A DNA stretch of 64,000 nt from Candidatus Sumerlaeia bacterium. Its GTDB lineage: Bacteria; Sumerlaeota; Sumerlaeia; SLMS01; JANRJK01. Within the stretch, counting starts at the first letter, position 1; each line of letters begins with the position of its first letter. Below the pieces are notes generated by a model that saw nothing but the letters and a program-made list of their open reading frames with translations, was not told the DNA's origin and searched no databases. Below are positions 35,289 to 44,713 of this stretch, piece after piece. The stretch is taken from the NCBI GenBank assembly GCA_033764015.1, contig JANRJK010000036.1, forward strand, positions 96,001 through 160,000, read 5' to 3'. The position numbers and the translations under genes were made by a program.

Positions 35289-38200
35289 TTAGCTTTCCTT
35301 CTTCGTGGTCTTGCGCGCCGGGGCGGCCTTCGGCTTGGCGGCCTTGGCGGCTTCCGCGGGCTTGGCGGTCTTCTTGGCTGGGGCCTTAGCGGCCTTGGCC
35401 GAAGTCGCCGAATCGCTAGCGGATTCGTCGCCCTTCTTCGCCTTCGGGGTCGAGGCCGATTTCGCGGCGGCCTTCTTCGCGGGTGCCGCGGCGACGGTCT
35501 TCGCCTTCGCCACCGGCGTCTCTTCCTTGACGGGCTTCGCCGCCTTGGCGGTCCGCTTCGGCTTCGGGGCCTCGGCCTCGAGGGGCTTGGGCTCCTCGAC
35601 CACGGGCTTGGGCGGCTCTGGGGCGGGGGCTTGCTTCGCCGCCTTCGGGGCCGCGACAGCGGCGGCCTTGGCGCGGCGGGCGGGCTTCTTGGGCTCCGGT
35701 GCCGGGGCTGTTTCCGGTGCCTCGGGTTCGGCGACGGCTACCTTCGCGGGCACAGTCGCCGGAGGCGGTGCGGCCAGCGACACGGTCGGCTGCGCCGGTG
35801 CGGGTGCGGGTTCCGGCGCGGGGGCCGGAGCCGAGGCGGCCGGTTCCTGCGGCGCGGGGGTCGGCGGAGCCTGGTTCTTCGGCGGCGGGGGCCAGATCTG
35901 CACCAGCCGGGTGGAACCCTGCTTCGGCGGCAGCGTGATCGTCGGCAGCAGGTTCAGCAGCGACGGCTTGGCCGGAGCCGGTTCCGCGGGCTTCGCGGCG
36001 ACGGCCTCCTTGGGCTTGCCGGCGGGCGCCGCCGGGGCGGGGACCGGCTGCTTCGCGGGCGGGGCCGGAGCGGCCTGCTTGGCGGGCGGGGCGGAAGCCG
36101 CGATGAGCGGGAGCTTCCCGAGCGGGGGCGGGGGCGCGGCGAGCGAGGCGGTCGGCTTCGCCAACTCCTCGGGGATCTCGATCACCTCGACCGTCGTGGG
36201 GAGCGACTCCTCCTCGTCCTCCTCGTCCTCGAAGGAGTCCTCGGCGGGCTCCTCGTTGGCGAGGGCCGCGGGGCGTGCGTCGGGCGCCTGCTCGCCATCG
36301 CGCTGGGCGCGGCGGCGGCGTCCTCCGCGGGAGCCGCGGCGGCGGCGGCGCCGTCCTTCGCCCTGGGCATCGCCGTCACCCTGCGGCGCTGCGGGGGCCC
36401 CAGTGGAGGCGTCCCGGTCGTCGCCATCGGCGTCGTCGTAGGCCCCATCCGAATCCTCGGGTTCGAAAGCGCCTTCGGTGAAGTCGGCATCCTGCGGCGC
36501 CTTGGCGGCGCCAGCGGGCTGCGCACCCTCGACCCGGTCGCGTCCGCCACGGCGGCGGCGGCGGCGGCGGCGGCGTGTGCCGCCGTCCTCGCTTTGGGCG
36601 GGGCGGGCGCCGGTGGTCGTCGTCTCCTCGTCGCCGTCTTCGTCGTCGGCGGCGCGCTCCACGCGGGTGAAGCGTCCGGCCTGGATCGGTTCGTCGATGG
36701 CCTTGGGATCGAAGCGCGCGCCGTTGGTGGCCGCGGGGGCGGAGGCGGCGACCTCGGGCATGTCCGACTCCGGCGTGCCGACCGGGCGGATGTCCCGCTC
36801 CGTGTCCGCGTCGGGGAGAAGGTGCGAATCCGCGCGCACCCCGACCACGCGGTGGTAGGCGTCCGTGAGGCGCTTCACCGGCTGGATGGAGAAGTGCTCG
36901 ATGTGGTAGTCGAGGTCGGCGCGGAGGATCAGCTCCGTGTTCCCCTTGCCGAGGAGCCGTTCGAGCATCTGCTCGTACTTGTCGCGCAGGAGCGTGGCGA
37001 AGTGCGGGTGGGCCGTCACGACGATGGCGCTGTAGGGGCGTCCGGCGTCGGCGACGAGCGTCTTCAGTTCGTACTTGAGCTTGCGAAGCAACTGGTCCGG
37101 CTTGAGCACCTTGCCGCTGCCCTGGCAGTAGGGGCACAACTCGAAGACGTGCTTCTGCAGGCTCATCTTCTGGCGTTTGCGGGTGATCGTGAGGATGCCG
37201 AACTCGCCGAGGCGCCCGACGCTCATCTTGGCGCGGTCGCGCTTGAGCTGGCGCGCCATCTCGTCCGCGACCGCGTTCTGGTTGTCGCGGCTCAGCATGT
37301 CGATGAAGTCGACGACGATGATGCCGCCGATGTCGCGCAGCCGGATCTGCTGGGCGATGGTGCGGCAGGCTTCCATGTTCGTCTTGAAGGAGGTCTTCTC
37401 CTGCTCCTTCGAGCCGGTGAAGCGTCCGGTGTTCACGTCGATGGCGGTGAGCGCTTCGTTCTCGTCGATGACGAGGAAGCCGCCGCTCTTGAGCCAGACC
37501 TTGCGCGAGAGGGCGCGCTGGATGTGCTTCTCGACGTCGTAGGCGTCGAAGATGTTCTCCGGGCCCTTGTAGAGCGTCACGGAGTCGACGAGGTCCGGGG
37601 CGTAGTCCTCGAGCTGGGCGCGGACCGTTTCGAAGTCGTCCTGTGAGTCCACGAGGATCTCATCGACGTCCGGCGCCATGGCGTCGCGCACGAGGCGCCC
37701 CACGATGTCGTGCTCGTTGAAGATGAGCCCCGGCTTCCCCATCGCCCGGTAGCGCTCGACGATCTGCCCCCAGACCGAGACGAGGTACTCGACGTCCTGC
37801 TGGATCGCCTCCTCGGGCTGGCTGACGCCCGCGGTGCGGACGATGAAGGAGCAGTCCTCGTTGCGGATCTTGGCGAGGAGCTTCTTGAGTTTGTAGCGGT
37901 CTTCGCCCATCGCGATCTTTCGCGAGACGCCGCCCTGCTGGCTCGGGAAGGGGAGGAGGACCAGGTAGCGCCCCGGGATGGAGATGTTGGCGCTGACGCG
38001 GGGCGCCTTGCCGCCGATCTCCTCCTTGACGACTTGGACGATCAGGTGGTCGCCGGCCTTTACGGGGGGCTCGGCCTGGCCCTTGGAGACGTCCTGCCGG
38101 GGGCGGCGCCCGGGGCGGATGATCTGCCCGGGGATGCCCTTTTCGGCGGCGGCGCGCATGGAGGCGTAGGGGTCGTCGCCCTCGTCGATGACGAGGGACT

Positions 38201-38426
38201 CGGCCCGGATGTCCATGAAGTGGATGAAGACGTTGCGTTCGAGGCCGCAGTCGACGAAGGCGGCTTGGAGGCCGGGCTTAACGTCCTTGACGACGCCGCG
38301 ATAGATGTTACCGACGATCGACTTCTCGGCGACCGGTTCGGTGTGGAGCTCAGCGAGGTCTTCGCCCTCGAGGAACGCCACCCGTACCTCGCACTCCTCC
38401 CGGTTGATGAGGATGCGCTTTTCCAT
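35289..38426 (-). CDS. rne: Ribonuclease E/G family with long disordered C-terminal region
   Basis: MEKRILIN start, GNIYRG.V..V.PGLQAAFVD, VQVVKE, GVSRKI, IDVNTG, QIRLRDIGGIIVVDFIDM and Zn-link CPYCQGSG. About 500-aa Arg/acidic/Pro-Ala-Lys tail. Confidence 0.93.
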   Translation of the reverse strand: MEKRILINREECEVRVAFLEGEDLAELHTEPVAEKSIVGNIYRGVVKDVKPGLQAAFVDCGLERNVFIHFMDIRAESLVIDEGDDPYASMRAAAEKGIPGQIIRPGRRPRQDVSKGQAEPPVKAGDHLIVQVVKEEIGGKAPRVSANISIPGRYLVLLPFPSQQGGVSRKIAMGEDRYKLKKLLAKIRNEDCSFIVRTAGVSQPEEAIQQDVEYLVSVWGQIVERYRAMGKPGLIFNEHDIVGRLVRDAMAPDVDEILVDSQDDFETVRAQLEDYAPDLVDSVTLYKGPENIFDAYDVEKHIQRALSRKVWLKSGGFLVIDENEALTAIDVNTGRFTGSKEQEKTSFKTNMEACRTIAQQIRLRDIGGIIVVDFIDMLSRDNQNAVADEMARQLKRDRAKMSVGRLGEFGILTITRKRQKMSLQKHVFELCPYCQGSGKVLKPDQLLRKLKYELKTLVADAGRPYSAIVVTAHPHFATLLRDKYEQMLERLLGKGNTELILRADLDYHIEHFSIQPVKRLTDAYHRVVGVRADSHLLPDADTERDIRPVGTPESDMPEVAASAPAATNGARFDPKAIDEPIQAGRFTRVERAADDEDGDEETTTTGARPAQSEDGGTRRRRRRRRRGGRDRVEGAQPAGAAKAPQDADFTEGAFEPEDSDGAYDDADGDDRDASTGAPAAPQGDGDAQGEGRRRRRRGSRGGRRRRAQRDGEQAPDARPAALANEEPAEDSFEDEEDEEESLPTTVEVIEIPEELAKPTASLAAPPPPLGKLPLIAASAPPAKQAAPAPPAKQPVPAPAAPAGKPKEAVAAKPAEPAPAKPSLLNLLPTITLPPKQGSTRLVQIWPPPPKNQAPPTPAPQEPAASAPAPAPEPAPAPAQPTVSLAAPPPATVPAKVAVAEPEAPETAPAPEPKKPARRAKAAAVAAPKAAKQAPAPEPPKPVVEEPKPLEAEAPKPKRTAKAAKPVKEETPVAKAKTVAAAPAKKAAAKSASTPKAKKGDESASDSATSAKAAKAPAKKTAKPAEAAKAAKPKAAPARKTTKKES

Positions 38427-38700
38427 GGGTGTCGGCTTTCGGAAGCTTGTTCGGGGAATGGCCGCAGTCGGGCGCAGCGGTTCCATTGCTGGAACTCGCG
38501 CGGGCCGAGCGGCAGGGTGTTGAGGGAGTTCCAGGGCGCGAGCGGCCGTTCATCGAGCGCTCAATCCCCGCCGGTCGCGGAGCGCCCCGCCGAAGGTTCG
38601 GCGGGCGTCGTTGCGCGGTCGGGGGTGAGGTAGTTGCGGCTCGGGATCACACGCTCGGTCTCTTCTGGTTCTCGGGACAATAGGTTGGCGTAGCGGTGGG
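38427..38700 (-). promoter_or_regulatory. Probable structured 5' leader of rne
   Basis: Long non-coding gap with stems AATGG-CCGC/GCGG-tt-CCATT, CTGGAACTC/GAGTTCCAG (38489-38534) and CGCC-c-CGCCGAA/TTCGGCG-GGCG (38583-38607). Confidence 0.45.
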
Positions 38701-38878
38701 TCGAGCAGGCAACCGGATTCTCTCCGAAGCTGTGAGAAAAATCGCCGTGCGCCGTCCGGCTTCGCAGGTTGACACCCGGGGGCACGGCGATTGCACTGGT
38801 TCGCCTGCCCGGGGGGGCCACATAACCGGGCAGTGCACCACGACTGCATCTCAACGTTTCGAGTTCCCCGGTTTTCGC

Positions 38879-40822
38879 ATGGAAAAACGCTGGATCGCTT
38901 TCCTCGCGCTTAGCGCGGTCGCATATCTCTTGTATTACCAACACCTTAGCAAGAAGGTCGAGGCGTACAAGGCCGAGCAGGCGCGCATCAGCGCCGAGCA
39001 GTCCGCCTCCGCGGCGGGCCCGGACGGCGTTGCTGTGGCCGACGATTCGGACACGTCGCCAACGGCACCGGTCCGGCGTCCGGAGCTGACGGCCGCCGAC
39101 ACCTCGGAGACCTCGCCGGACGAGGCGGAGCCCGCGGAGCCGACCGAGACGCTCGCCTCCGCTCCCCGCACGACGGTCGAAACTCGGACCATGAGGGTCG
39201 TATTCTCCCACCTCGGCGGGAAGCCCGTTTCCTGGGAGCTGCTTCCGAACGAGGTCGTCATCAACAAGTCCGCCGAAAATCCGGACCGGCAGTATCCGCT
39301 CGAACTCATCCCGCAGGTGGGCGACCTCGAGCGCCGCGAATACCCGTTCGAACTGGTCGGCGGGCGGACGAACCGCTTCAACACGATGATGTTCGACGCC
39401 GAGCTTTCCGAGTCGAACGGCACGCGGGTGCTCCGCCTCGCCTCCGTCGCCTCGCTTGACGGCCTGCGGATCGTGAAGACCTTCCGTTTCCCCCAGGATG
39501 GCTACGCGGTCCGCGCCGAGGTCGAGTACCTGAACGAGTCGGAGGCCGGCTTCCGCCTGGCGGGGAACGGTATCGGGCTCGGGACCGGGTGGTTCGGCGG
39601 CTTCGGCAACCCGGAGGTCGCCGACCGCGTCCATGGGCGCGAGATGGCCGTGGCCGCCGTGGGGGGGCAGCTCCTGTCGAAGTCGCTCTCGGCGGACTCC
39701 GCGCCGCTCGAGTACTCGGGCGCCATCGGCTGGGTCGGCGTGGACCGCAAGTTTTTCGCGGCGCTGCTCGTGCCGGACGCGGACCAGCAACTCGTGGTGG
39801 CGCGCAGCTACGTCTCCCCGAAGAACTTCTCCGAGGAGTACCGCGTCCGCGGCGTCCCGCCGCCGCACTCGGTCGAGGTGTTAGCCGCCAACCGCGTGCT
39901 GGAAGCCGCTTCGTCGCTGACGCTTGGGTACAACCTGTTCGTGGGGCCATTGAGCCTCGATGTGCTGAAGGCGTCGCCGATCACGGTGGCGGAAGGGGTC
40001 GCGCCGCTGACGGAGGCCGCCTTCCACACGCTGCCGTGGGGCTTCGGGTGGGTGCGGCCGGTGTCGCTGGTGCTGCTCGACCTGCTCCTCTGGCTGCAGG
40101 ATTCCATCGTGAACTGGGGGCTCTGCATCATCCTGCTGACGGTGCTGGTGAAGACCGCGGTGTACCCGCTGACGCACTGGGCGATGAAGAACCAGGCGCG
40201 CACGATGTACGAGCAGCAGAAGATCAAGCCCGAGATGGACAAGGTGATGAAGAAGTTCGACAAGGATCCGCGGGCGCGGAACCTGGCCGTGATGGAGCTC
40301 TACCGCGAGCACGGCGTGAGTCCGCTAGGGCCGCTCCGCGGCTGCCTGCCGATGCTGATGCAGATGCCGATTTTCGTCGGCCTGTACGTGCTGTTCGACC
40401 AGGCGGTCGAGCTGCGGGGGCAGGAGTTCCTCTGGATCAGCGACCTGAGCCAGCCGGACCGGCTGTTCTCCTGGGGCTTCAGCCTGCCGATGCTCGGGGC
40501 CTACTTCAACATCCTGCCGATCCTGATGGCGCTCACGCAGTGGCTCTCGATGCGCATGATGCAGATGCCCAGCTCGGACGAGATGCAGCAGCAGATCCAG
40601 AAGCAGATGATGACGCTGATGCCGATCTTCTTCGGCTTCCTGCTCTACCAGATGCCCTCGGGCCTGATGCTGTACTGGGTCGTGAGCAACACCTGGGCGA
40701 TCGGCCAGTCGTACGCGACCAAGAAGATCGTCGCGAAGCACCAGCAGGAGATGGAGCGGCGCGAGCAGGCCAAGGCCGCCCCGCCTCCGGCCGCGCGCCC
40801 CGCGGGCCGCGGCTCCCGATGA
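38879..40822 (+). CDS. yidC: Membrane protein insertase YidC
   Basis: N-terminal TM MEKRWIAFLALS, large periplasmic domain, NWGLCIILLT, GCLPMLMQMPIF, FLWISDLSQPD and PSGLMLYWVVSN. Confidence 0.96.
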   Translation: MEKRWIAFLALSAVAYLLYYQHLSKKVEAYKAEQARISAEQSASAAGPDGVAVADDSDTSPTAPVRRPELTAADTSETSPDEAEPAEPTETLASAPRTTVETRTMRVVFSHLGGKPVSWELLPNEVVINKSAENPDRQYPLELIPQVGDLERREYPFELVGGRTNRFNTMMFDAELSESNGTRVLRLASVASLDGLRIVKTFRFPQDGYAVRAEVEYLNESEAGFRLAGNGIGLGTGWFGGFGNPEVADRVHGREMAVAAVGGQLLSKSLSADSAPLEYSGAIGWVGVDRKFFAALLVPDADQQLVVARSYVSPKNFSEEYRVRGVPPPHSVEVLAANRVLEAASSLTLGYNLFVGPLSLDVLKASPITVAEGVAPLTEAAFHTLPWGFGWVRPVSLVLLDLLLWLQDSIVNWGLCIILLTVLVKTAVYPLTHWAMKNQARTMYEQQKIKPEMDKVMKKFDKDPRARNLAVMELYREHGVSPLGPLRGCLPMLMQMPIFVGLYVLFDQAVELRGQEFLWISDLSQPDRLFSWGFSLPMLGAYFNILPILMALTQWLSMRMMQMPSSDEMQQQIQKQMMTLMPIFFGFLLYQMPSGLMLYWVVSNTWAIGQSYATKKIVAKHQQEMERREQAKAAPPPAARPAGRGSR

Positions 40823-40852
40823 ATTGACGACATCCCGCAAGGAATCCCGGAT

Positions 40853-41935
40853 ATGAAGCACTTCGACATCACCGCCCGCTCGCCGGAGCAGGCGCTCGCC
40901 AAGGCGGCGAAGGCCCACGGTCTCGAGGCCGCCGACTTGGAAATCAGCGCGGAATTCGAGCCCGACGAGGTGGACCTCGCGGCGCTCGCGAAGGAGGAAG
41001 CCGCGGAGCCGGCGCTCGATACGGGCGGCGAAGCGGTCCTCTACCGCGTCACAACCGGCCTGAAGCCCTTCATGGCCCGAGCCCGGGAAGTGGGCATCGG
41101 CATCTTCGAGTGCGTCGCCACCAACGTCGAGGTGGAGCCCGTCGCCTACGGCAACGGCATCCTGCTCCGCGTCTCCGTGGGCGACCCCTCGTTCCTTATC
41201 GGCAAGGGTGGCGCGACGCTCGAGGCGTTCCAGCACCTCGTGTGGCGCGTCTGCGCGGGTAAGGACGAGAAGTTCCCCGACGTGATCCTGGACATCGGCG
41301 GCTACCGGGAGCGGCGGTTGGACCGTCTCGGCGACGAGGCGGTCAAGGCGGCGCACCGCGCGTTGCGGCTCCGGCGGCACATCGCGCTGGAGGCGATGAC
41401 CCCGGTGGAACGCAAGTACGTGCACAACCTGCTGAAGGAAGTTCCCGAGATCACCACGCAGTCCGAGGGCAGCGGCCTCGACCGCCATATTGTGATCATG
41501 GTGCCCGACCCGTCGCGGCCCGACATCCTTCCCCCGCGCCGCGGCGACGGCGACCGCGAGTTCTCTCCGCGCGGCGAGGACCGCGGCGGCCGGGGCGGGC
41601 GTGAGCGCGGCGGCGAGCGGCGCGGCGGTGGCGGCGGCGGTGAGCGCCGCGGAGGGGGCGGCTACGGCGAACGCGGCGCCCAGCGCGGGGGCCAGCGCAG
41701 TGGCAGTGGCGGCGGCGGCGGTAGGCGCGTCGGCGAGATGCGCCCCAACGAGCAGTTCGACCCCACGCGCCATATCGACTACGCGGGACTCCCCAAGGTT
41801 TCCCGCGAGGAAGAGGACGCCGCCTACCGCGACCAGAGCATCGAGGGCCGCAAGAGCAGGCTCCCGGAGTGGAAGCCGCCGACGGAAGAGGGGCGCGACG
41901 ACCCGACCCGGAAGATGGTTGACGAGCTCGAGTAG
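40853..41935 (+). CDS. khpB: RNA-binding protein KhpB/Jag/EloR (Jag_N + KH + R3H) with RGG-rich tail
   Basis: Directly after yidC. KH LIGKGGATLEAFQHL, LDIGGYRERR, R3H ERKYVH and SEGSG. Confidence 0.88.
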   Translation: MKHFDITARSPEQALAKAAKAHGLEAADLEISAEFEPDEVDLAALAKEEAAEPALDTGGEAVLYRVTTGLKPFMARAREVGIGIFECVATNVEVEPVAYGNGILLRVSVGDPSFLIGKGGATLEAFQHLVWRVCAGKDEKFPDVILDIGGYRERRLDRLGDEAVKAAHRALRLRRHIALEAMTPVERKYVHNLLKEVPEITTQSEGSGLDRHIVIMVPDPSRPDILPPRRGDGDREFSPRGEDRGGRGGRERGGERRGGGGGGERRGGGGYGERGAQRGGQRSGSGGGGGRRVGEMRPNEQFDPTRHIDYAGLPKVSREEEDAAYRDQSIEGRKSRLPEWKPPTEEGRDDPTRKMVDELE

Positions 41936-42037
41936 GCGAGAAAACGCTTTATCCGGGCCCGCTGGCAACCGCCGTGCTCCACTTGACGGCGGAAGCCAGA
42001 CTCCGCGCCCAGCCGGCGCACCAAGGAGAAGACGCCG

Positions 42038-43003
42038 ATGACCCGATACGCCCAGAACATGCTCGACCTGGTGGGCAACACCCCCTTGGTGAAGCTGAAC
42101 CGCGTCGCCAAGGACGTGGATGCGACCATCCTGGTGAAGCTGGAGTTCTTCAACCCGCTCTCCTCGGTGAAGGACCGCATCGGCAAGGCGATGATCGAGG
42201 CGGCGGAGCGGGACGGCAAGATCGTCCCGGGGAAGACGACGATCATCGAGCCGACCTCGGGGAACACGGGGATCGCGCTGGCGTTCGTCTGCGCGTCGAA
42301 GGGCTACCGCTGCCTGCTGGTGATGCCGGAGAGCATGAGTCTGGAGCGGCGCTACCTGCTGCGCATGCTCGGCGCGGAGCTGGTCCTCACGCCGGCGGCG
42401 GACGGGATGCGCGGGGCGGTGGCGCGGGCGACGGAGTTGCAGGCGGCCACCCCGGATTCCTTCATGCCGCAGCAGTTCGAGAACCCCGCGAACCCGGAGG
42501 TCCACCGCCGCACCACGGCGGAGGAGGTCTGGACCGCGACGGAGGGCGCGATCGACATCTTCGTCTCGGGCGTGGGCACCGGCGGCACGATCACGGGCGT
42601 CAGCGAAGTGATCAAGTCGCGCAAGCCTTCGCTCCGCTCGATCGCCGTGGAGCCGGCCACCTCGCCGGTGCTGAGCGGCGGGGCCCCCGGGAAGCACAAG
42701 ATCCAAGGCATCGGCGCCGGCTTCATCCCGAAGATCCTGAACCGCGACGTCATCGACGAGGTGGTGACGGTGACCGACGACGACGCGTTCGCGATGGCGC
42801 GGCAGTTGTCGCTGCTGGAGGGCCTCCCCGCGGGCATCTCGACGGGGGCGAACGTGGCGGCGGCCCTGCGTGCGGCGGCCCGCCCCGAGAACGCCGGCAA
42901 GGTGATCGTGACCATCGGCTGCTCGGCGAACGAGCGCTACCTGTCGACGGCGCTCGCGGAGCAAGCGCGCATGGAAGAGCAGAAGGTACTGCAAGCGAAT
43001 TGA
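42038..43003 (+). CDS. cysK: Cysteine synthase A
   Basis: [19 protein letters not shown] (PLP Lys), [22 protein letters not shown] and ERYLST. RBS AAGGAG. Confidence 0.97.
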   Translation: MTRYAQNMLDLVGNTPLVKLNRVAKDVDATILVKLEFFNPLSSVKDRIGKAMIEAAERDGKIVPGKTTIIEPTSGNTGIALAFVCASKGYRCLLVMPESMSLERRYLLRMLGAELVLTPAADGMRGAVARATELQAATPDSFMPQQFENPANPEVHRRTTAEEVWTATEGAIDIFVSGVGTGGTITGVSEVIKSRKPSLRSIAVEPATSPVLSGGAPGKHKIQGIGAGFIPKILNRDVIDEVVTVTDDDAFAMARQLSLLEGLPAGISTGANVAAALRAAARPENAGKVIVTIGCSANERYLSTALAEQARMEEQKVLQAN

Positions 43004-43030
43004 CCTGAATCGACTTCGGGGAACCAATTC

Positions 43031-43064
43031 GGGGCCGTGGCGTTCGCGCCACGGCCCCTTCTTC
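43031..43064 (+). terminator. Rho-independent terminator after cysK
   Basis: GGGGCCGTGGCG-TTCG-CGCCACGGCCCC followed by TTCTTC. Confidence 0.85.
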
Positions 43065-44627
43065 ATGTCCGGAACCCCGACCGCCGCCCCTCCCCCGTCC
43101 TCCGCGCCACCGGCGCCATCCCGGCTGGAGAGGCTCGCCTTCCCGACCCCCGCCACCACGGATCCGATGCCGACCCGGCTCTTGGCGGCGGTCTGGGGAT
43201 TCGCGGTGCTGCTCGCGGCGCTCTACTTGGCGCAGACCGCGAACATCCACTACGCGGGCGGGATCATGGGCGACCCGGTCACGACCTACGACCCGGTGCT
43301 GAGCCGCAACGCCGCGGGCGACTGGTGGGTGCATCCGCGCACGGGGAACCACTGGTTCACGAACCACGTGACGCTTTGGATGTACCCGGTGTCGCTGCTG
43401 TACATGCTCCACGACCATGCGTCGACGTACTATGCGGTGATCCAAGTCTGCCTCGCGCTGGCGGTGGTGCCGCTCGCGGCGCTGGCGTGGCGGCTGACGG
43501 GACGGGCTGGCGCGGTCGGCGCGGCGTCCGCGCTCTGGGCGTTCAACACGCTCACCGTTTCGCACGTCCTGTCGCTCCACAGCGAGAACATCGTCTTCCC
43601 GTTTTGGTTCCTGCTGATGTGGGGACTGGTCGCCCGGCGCCCCTGGGCGGTCTGGTGCGGGGTGTTGGGAGTGCTTTCGGTGAAGCAGGACCAGGCGGTG
43701 TGGCTGGTGTGCTTCGCCCTGTGGGCGGGGGTGTTCCGCTACTGCCATTGGCGGATGGCGCTGGCGCTGGCGGCGGCGGGATTCGGCGCCTTCGCGCTGT
43801 TCAAGGGCATCATGTTCAGCCTGCCCGCCACCACCGAGAGCGAGGTCGGCTACTACTGGGTGCGCGAGCGCTACGGGGGCATCGCCGAGACGCCGACGGG
43901 GCTGGTGCTGCACTTCGCGGCGCACCCGCTCGATCTGCTCGCGCGGCTGGCGCGTCCGGTTTGGGGGCCGCTGCTCCTCGCCGGAGGACTGGTGTGCCTG
44001 CTCGGGTGGCGGTCGATGCTGCTCACGCTGCCCCCCGCGCTGCTGCTGCTGACCGCGGACCACGAGCCGTTCAACCGGCTGCTCTACTACTACTCCTACC
44101 CCTTCCTGCCACCGTTGATGCTGGCGATGCTGGAGGGGTTGCGCGCCGCCGAACGGCTCATCCCCTCTCGCCAGCGCGCGCTGGCGTGGCTGGGCGCTGG
44201 GGTCGCGGTGCTGGGCGTGGCGCAGCTCGCGCTGCCGTCGCGCCGCGAGGGCTGGCGGCTGGGCGCCTACCCAGTGGCGCCGAAGGTGGACGCCGCGCGC
44301 GAGTTCGTGCACCGCAATGTCCGCTTGGACGATCCCGCCGAGCGCGTGATGTCCCAATGGGTGCTTGTCGCCTTCGTGCCGAGGGGGCGGCTCCGCGTCC
44401 CGATGTCGCCGGGCCACCTACCCGGGACCACGCTCGTGGTCGTTGACCTCAACGGCGCGTTCTGGGACCTCTCCCTGGCCGAATACGAAGCCATGCTGGG
44501 CTACCTCTTCGACGAGGCGAACGGCTGGCGGATCGTCGACCGGGTCGAGGGGCTGACGGCGTTCCGCCGCGCCGACGGGCCGCTCGATGCGGTTCCGCAA
44601 CGATTCGACTCGGGGAAATGGGAATGA
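43065..44627 (+). CDS. DUF2079-like multi-pass membrane protein (probable GT-C fold)
   Basis: GD...YD, NH.T...YP, LH.E, VKQD and YYYS pattern with about 10 TM helices. Confidence 0.7.
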   Translation: MSGTPTAAPPPSSAPPAPSRLERLAFPTPATTDPMPTRLLAAVWGFAVLLAALYLAQTANIHYAGGIMGDPVTTYDPVLSRNAAGDWWVHPRTGNHWFTNHVTLWMYPVSLLYMLHDHASTYYAVIQVCLALAVVPLAALAWRLTGRAGAVGAASALWAFNTLTVSHVLSLHSENIVFPFWFLLMWGLVARRPWAVWCGVLGVLSVKQDQAVWLVCFALWAGVFRYCHWRMALALAAAGFGAFALFKGIMFSLPATTESEVGYYWVRERYGGIAETPTGLVLHFAAHPLDLLARLARPVWGPLLLAGGLVCLLGWRSMLLTLPPALLLLTADHEPFNRLLYYYSYPFLPPLMLAMLEGLRAAERLIPSRQRALAWLGAGVAVLGVAQLALPSRREGWRLGAYPVAPKVDAAREFVHRNVRLDDPAERVMSQWVLVAFVPRGRLRVPMSPGHLPGTTLVVVDLNGAFWDLSLAEYEAMLGYLFDEANGWRIVDRVEGLTAFRRADGPLDAVPQRFDSGKWE

Positions 44628-44713
44628 TTCCCGCCCATCGCGTGCCACGCAGGCCTCGGGCGGTGCAGCGACGCAACGCCCGCCATCCCGGAGGGGAACC
44701 AAGCTAAAGCGCC

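Noticed and set aside
36550..36575. (GGC)n trinucleotide run
   Set aside because: Encodes the poly-Arg RNA-binding block of RNase E in frame; not a phase-variation tract.
38415..38890. Divergent rne and yidC both begin ATGGAAAA(G/A)CGC (MEKR), forming an inverted repeat around the gap
   Set aside because: Only about 12 bp, and MEKR/MKR-type starts are ordinary for both families. No recombinase is nearby to suggest an invertible segment.
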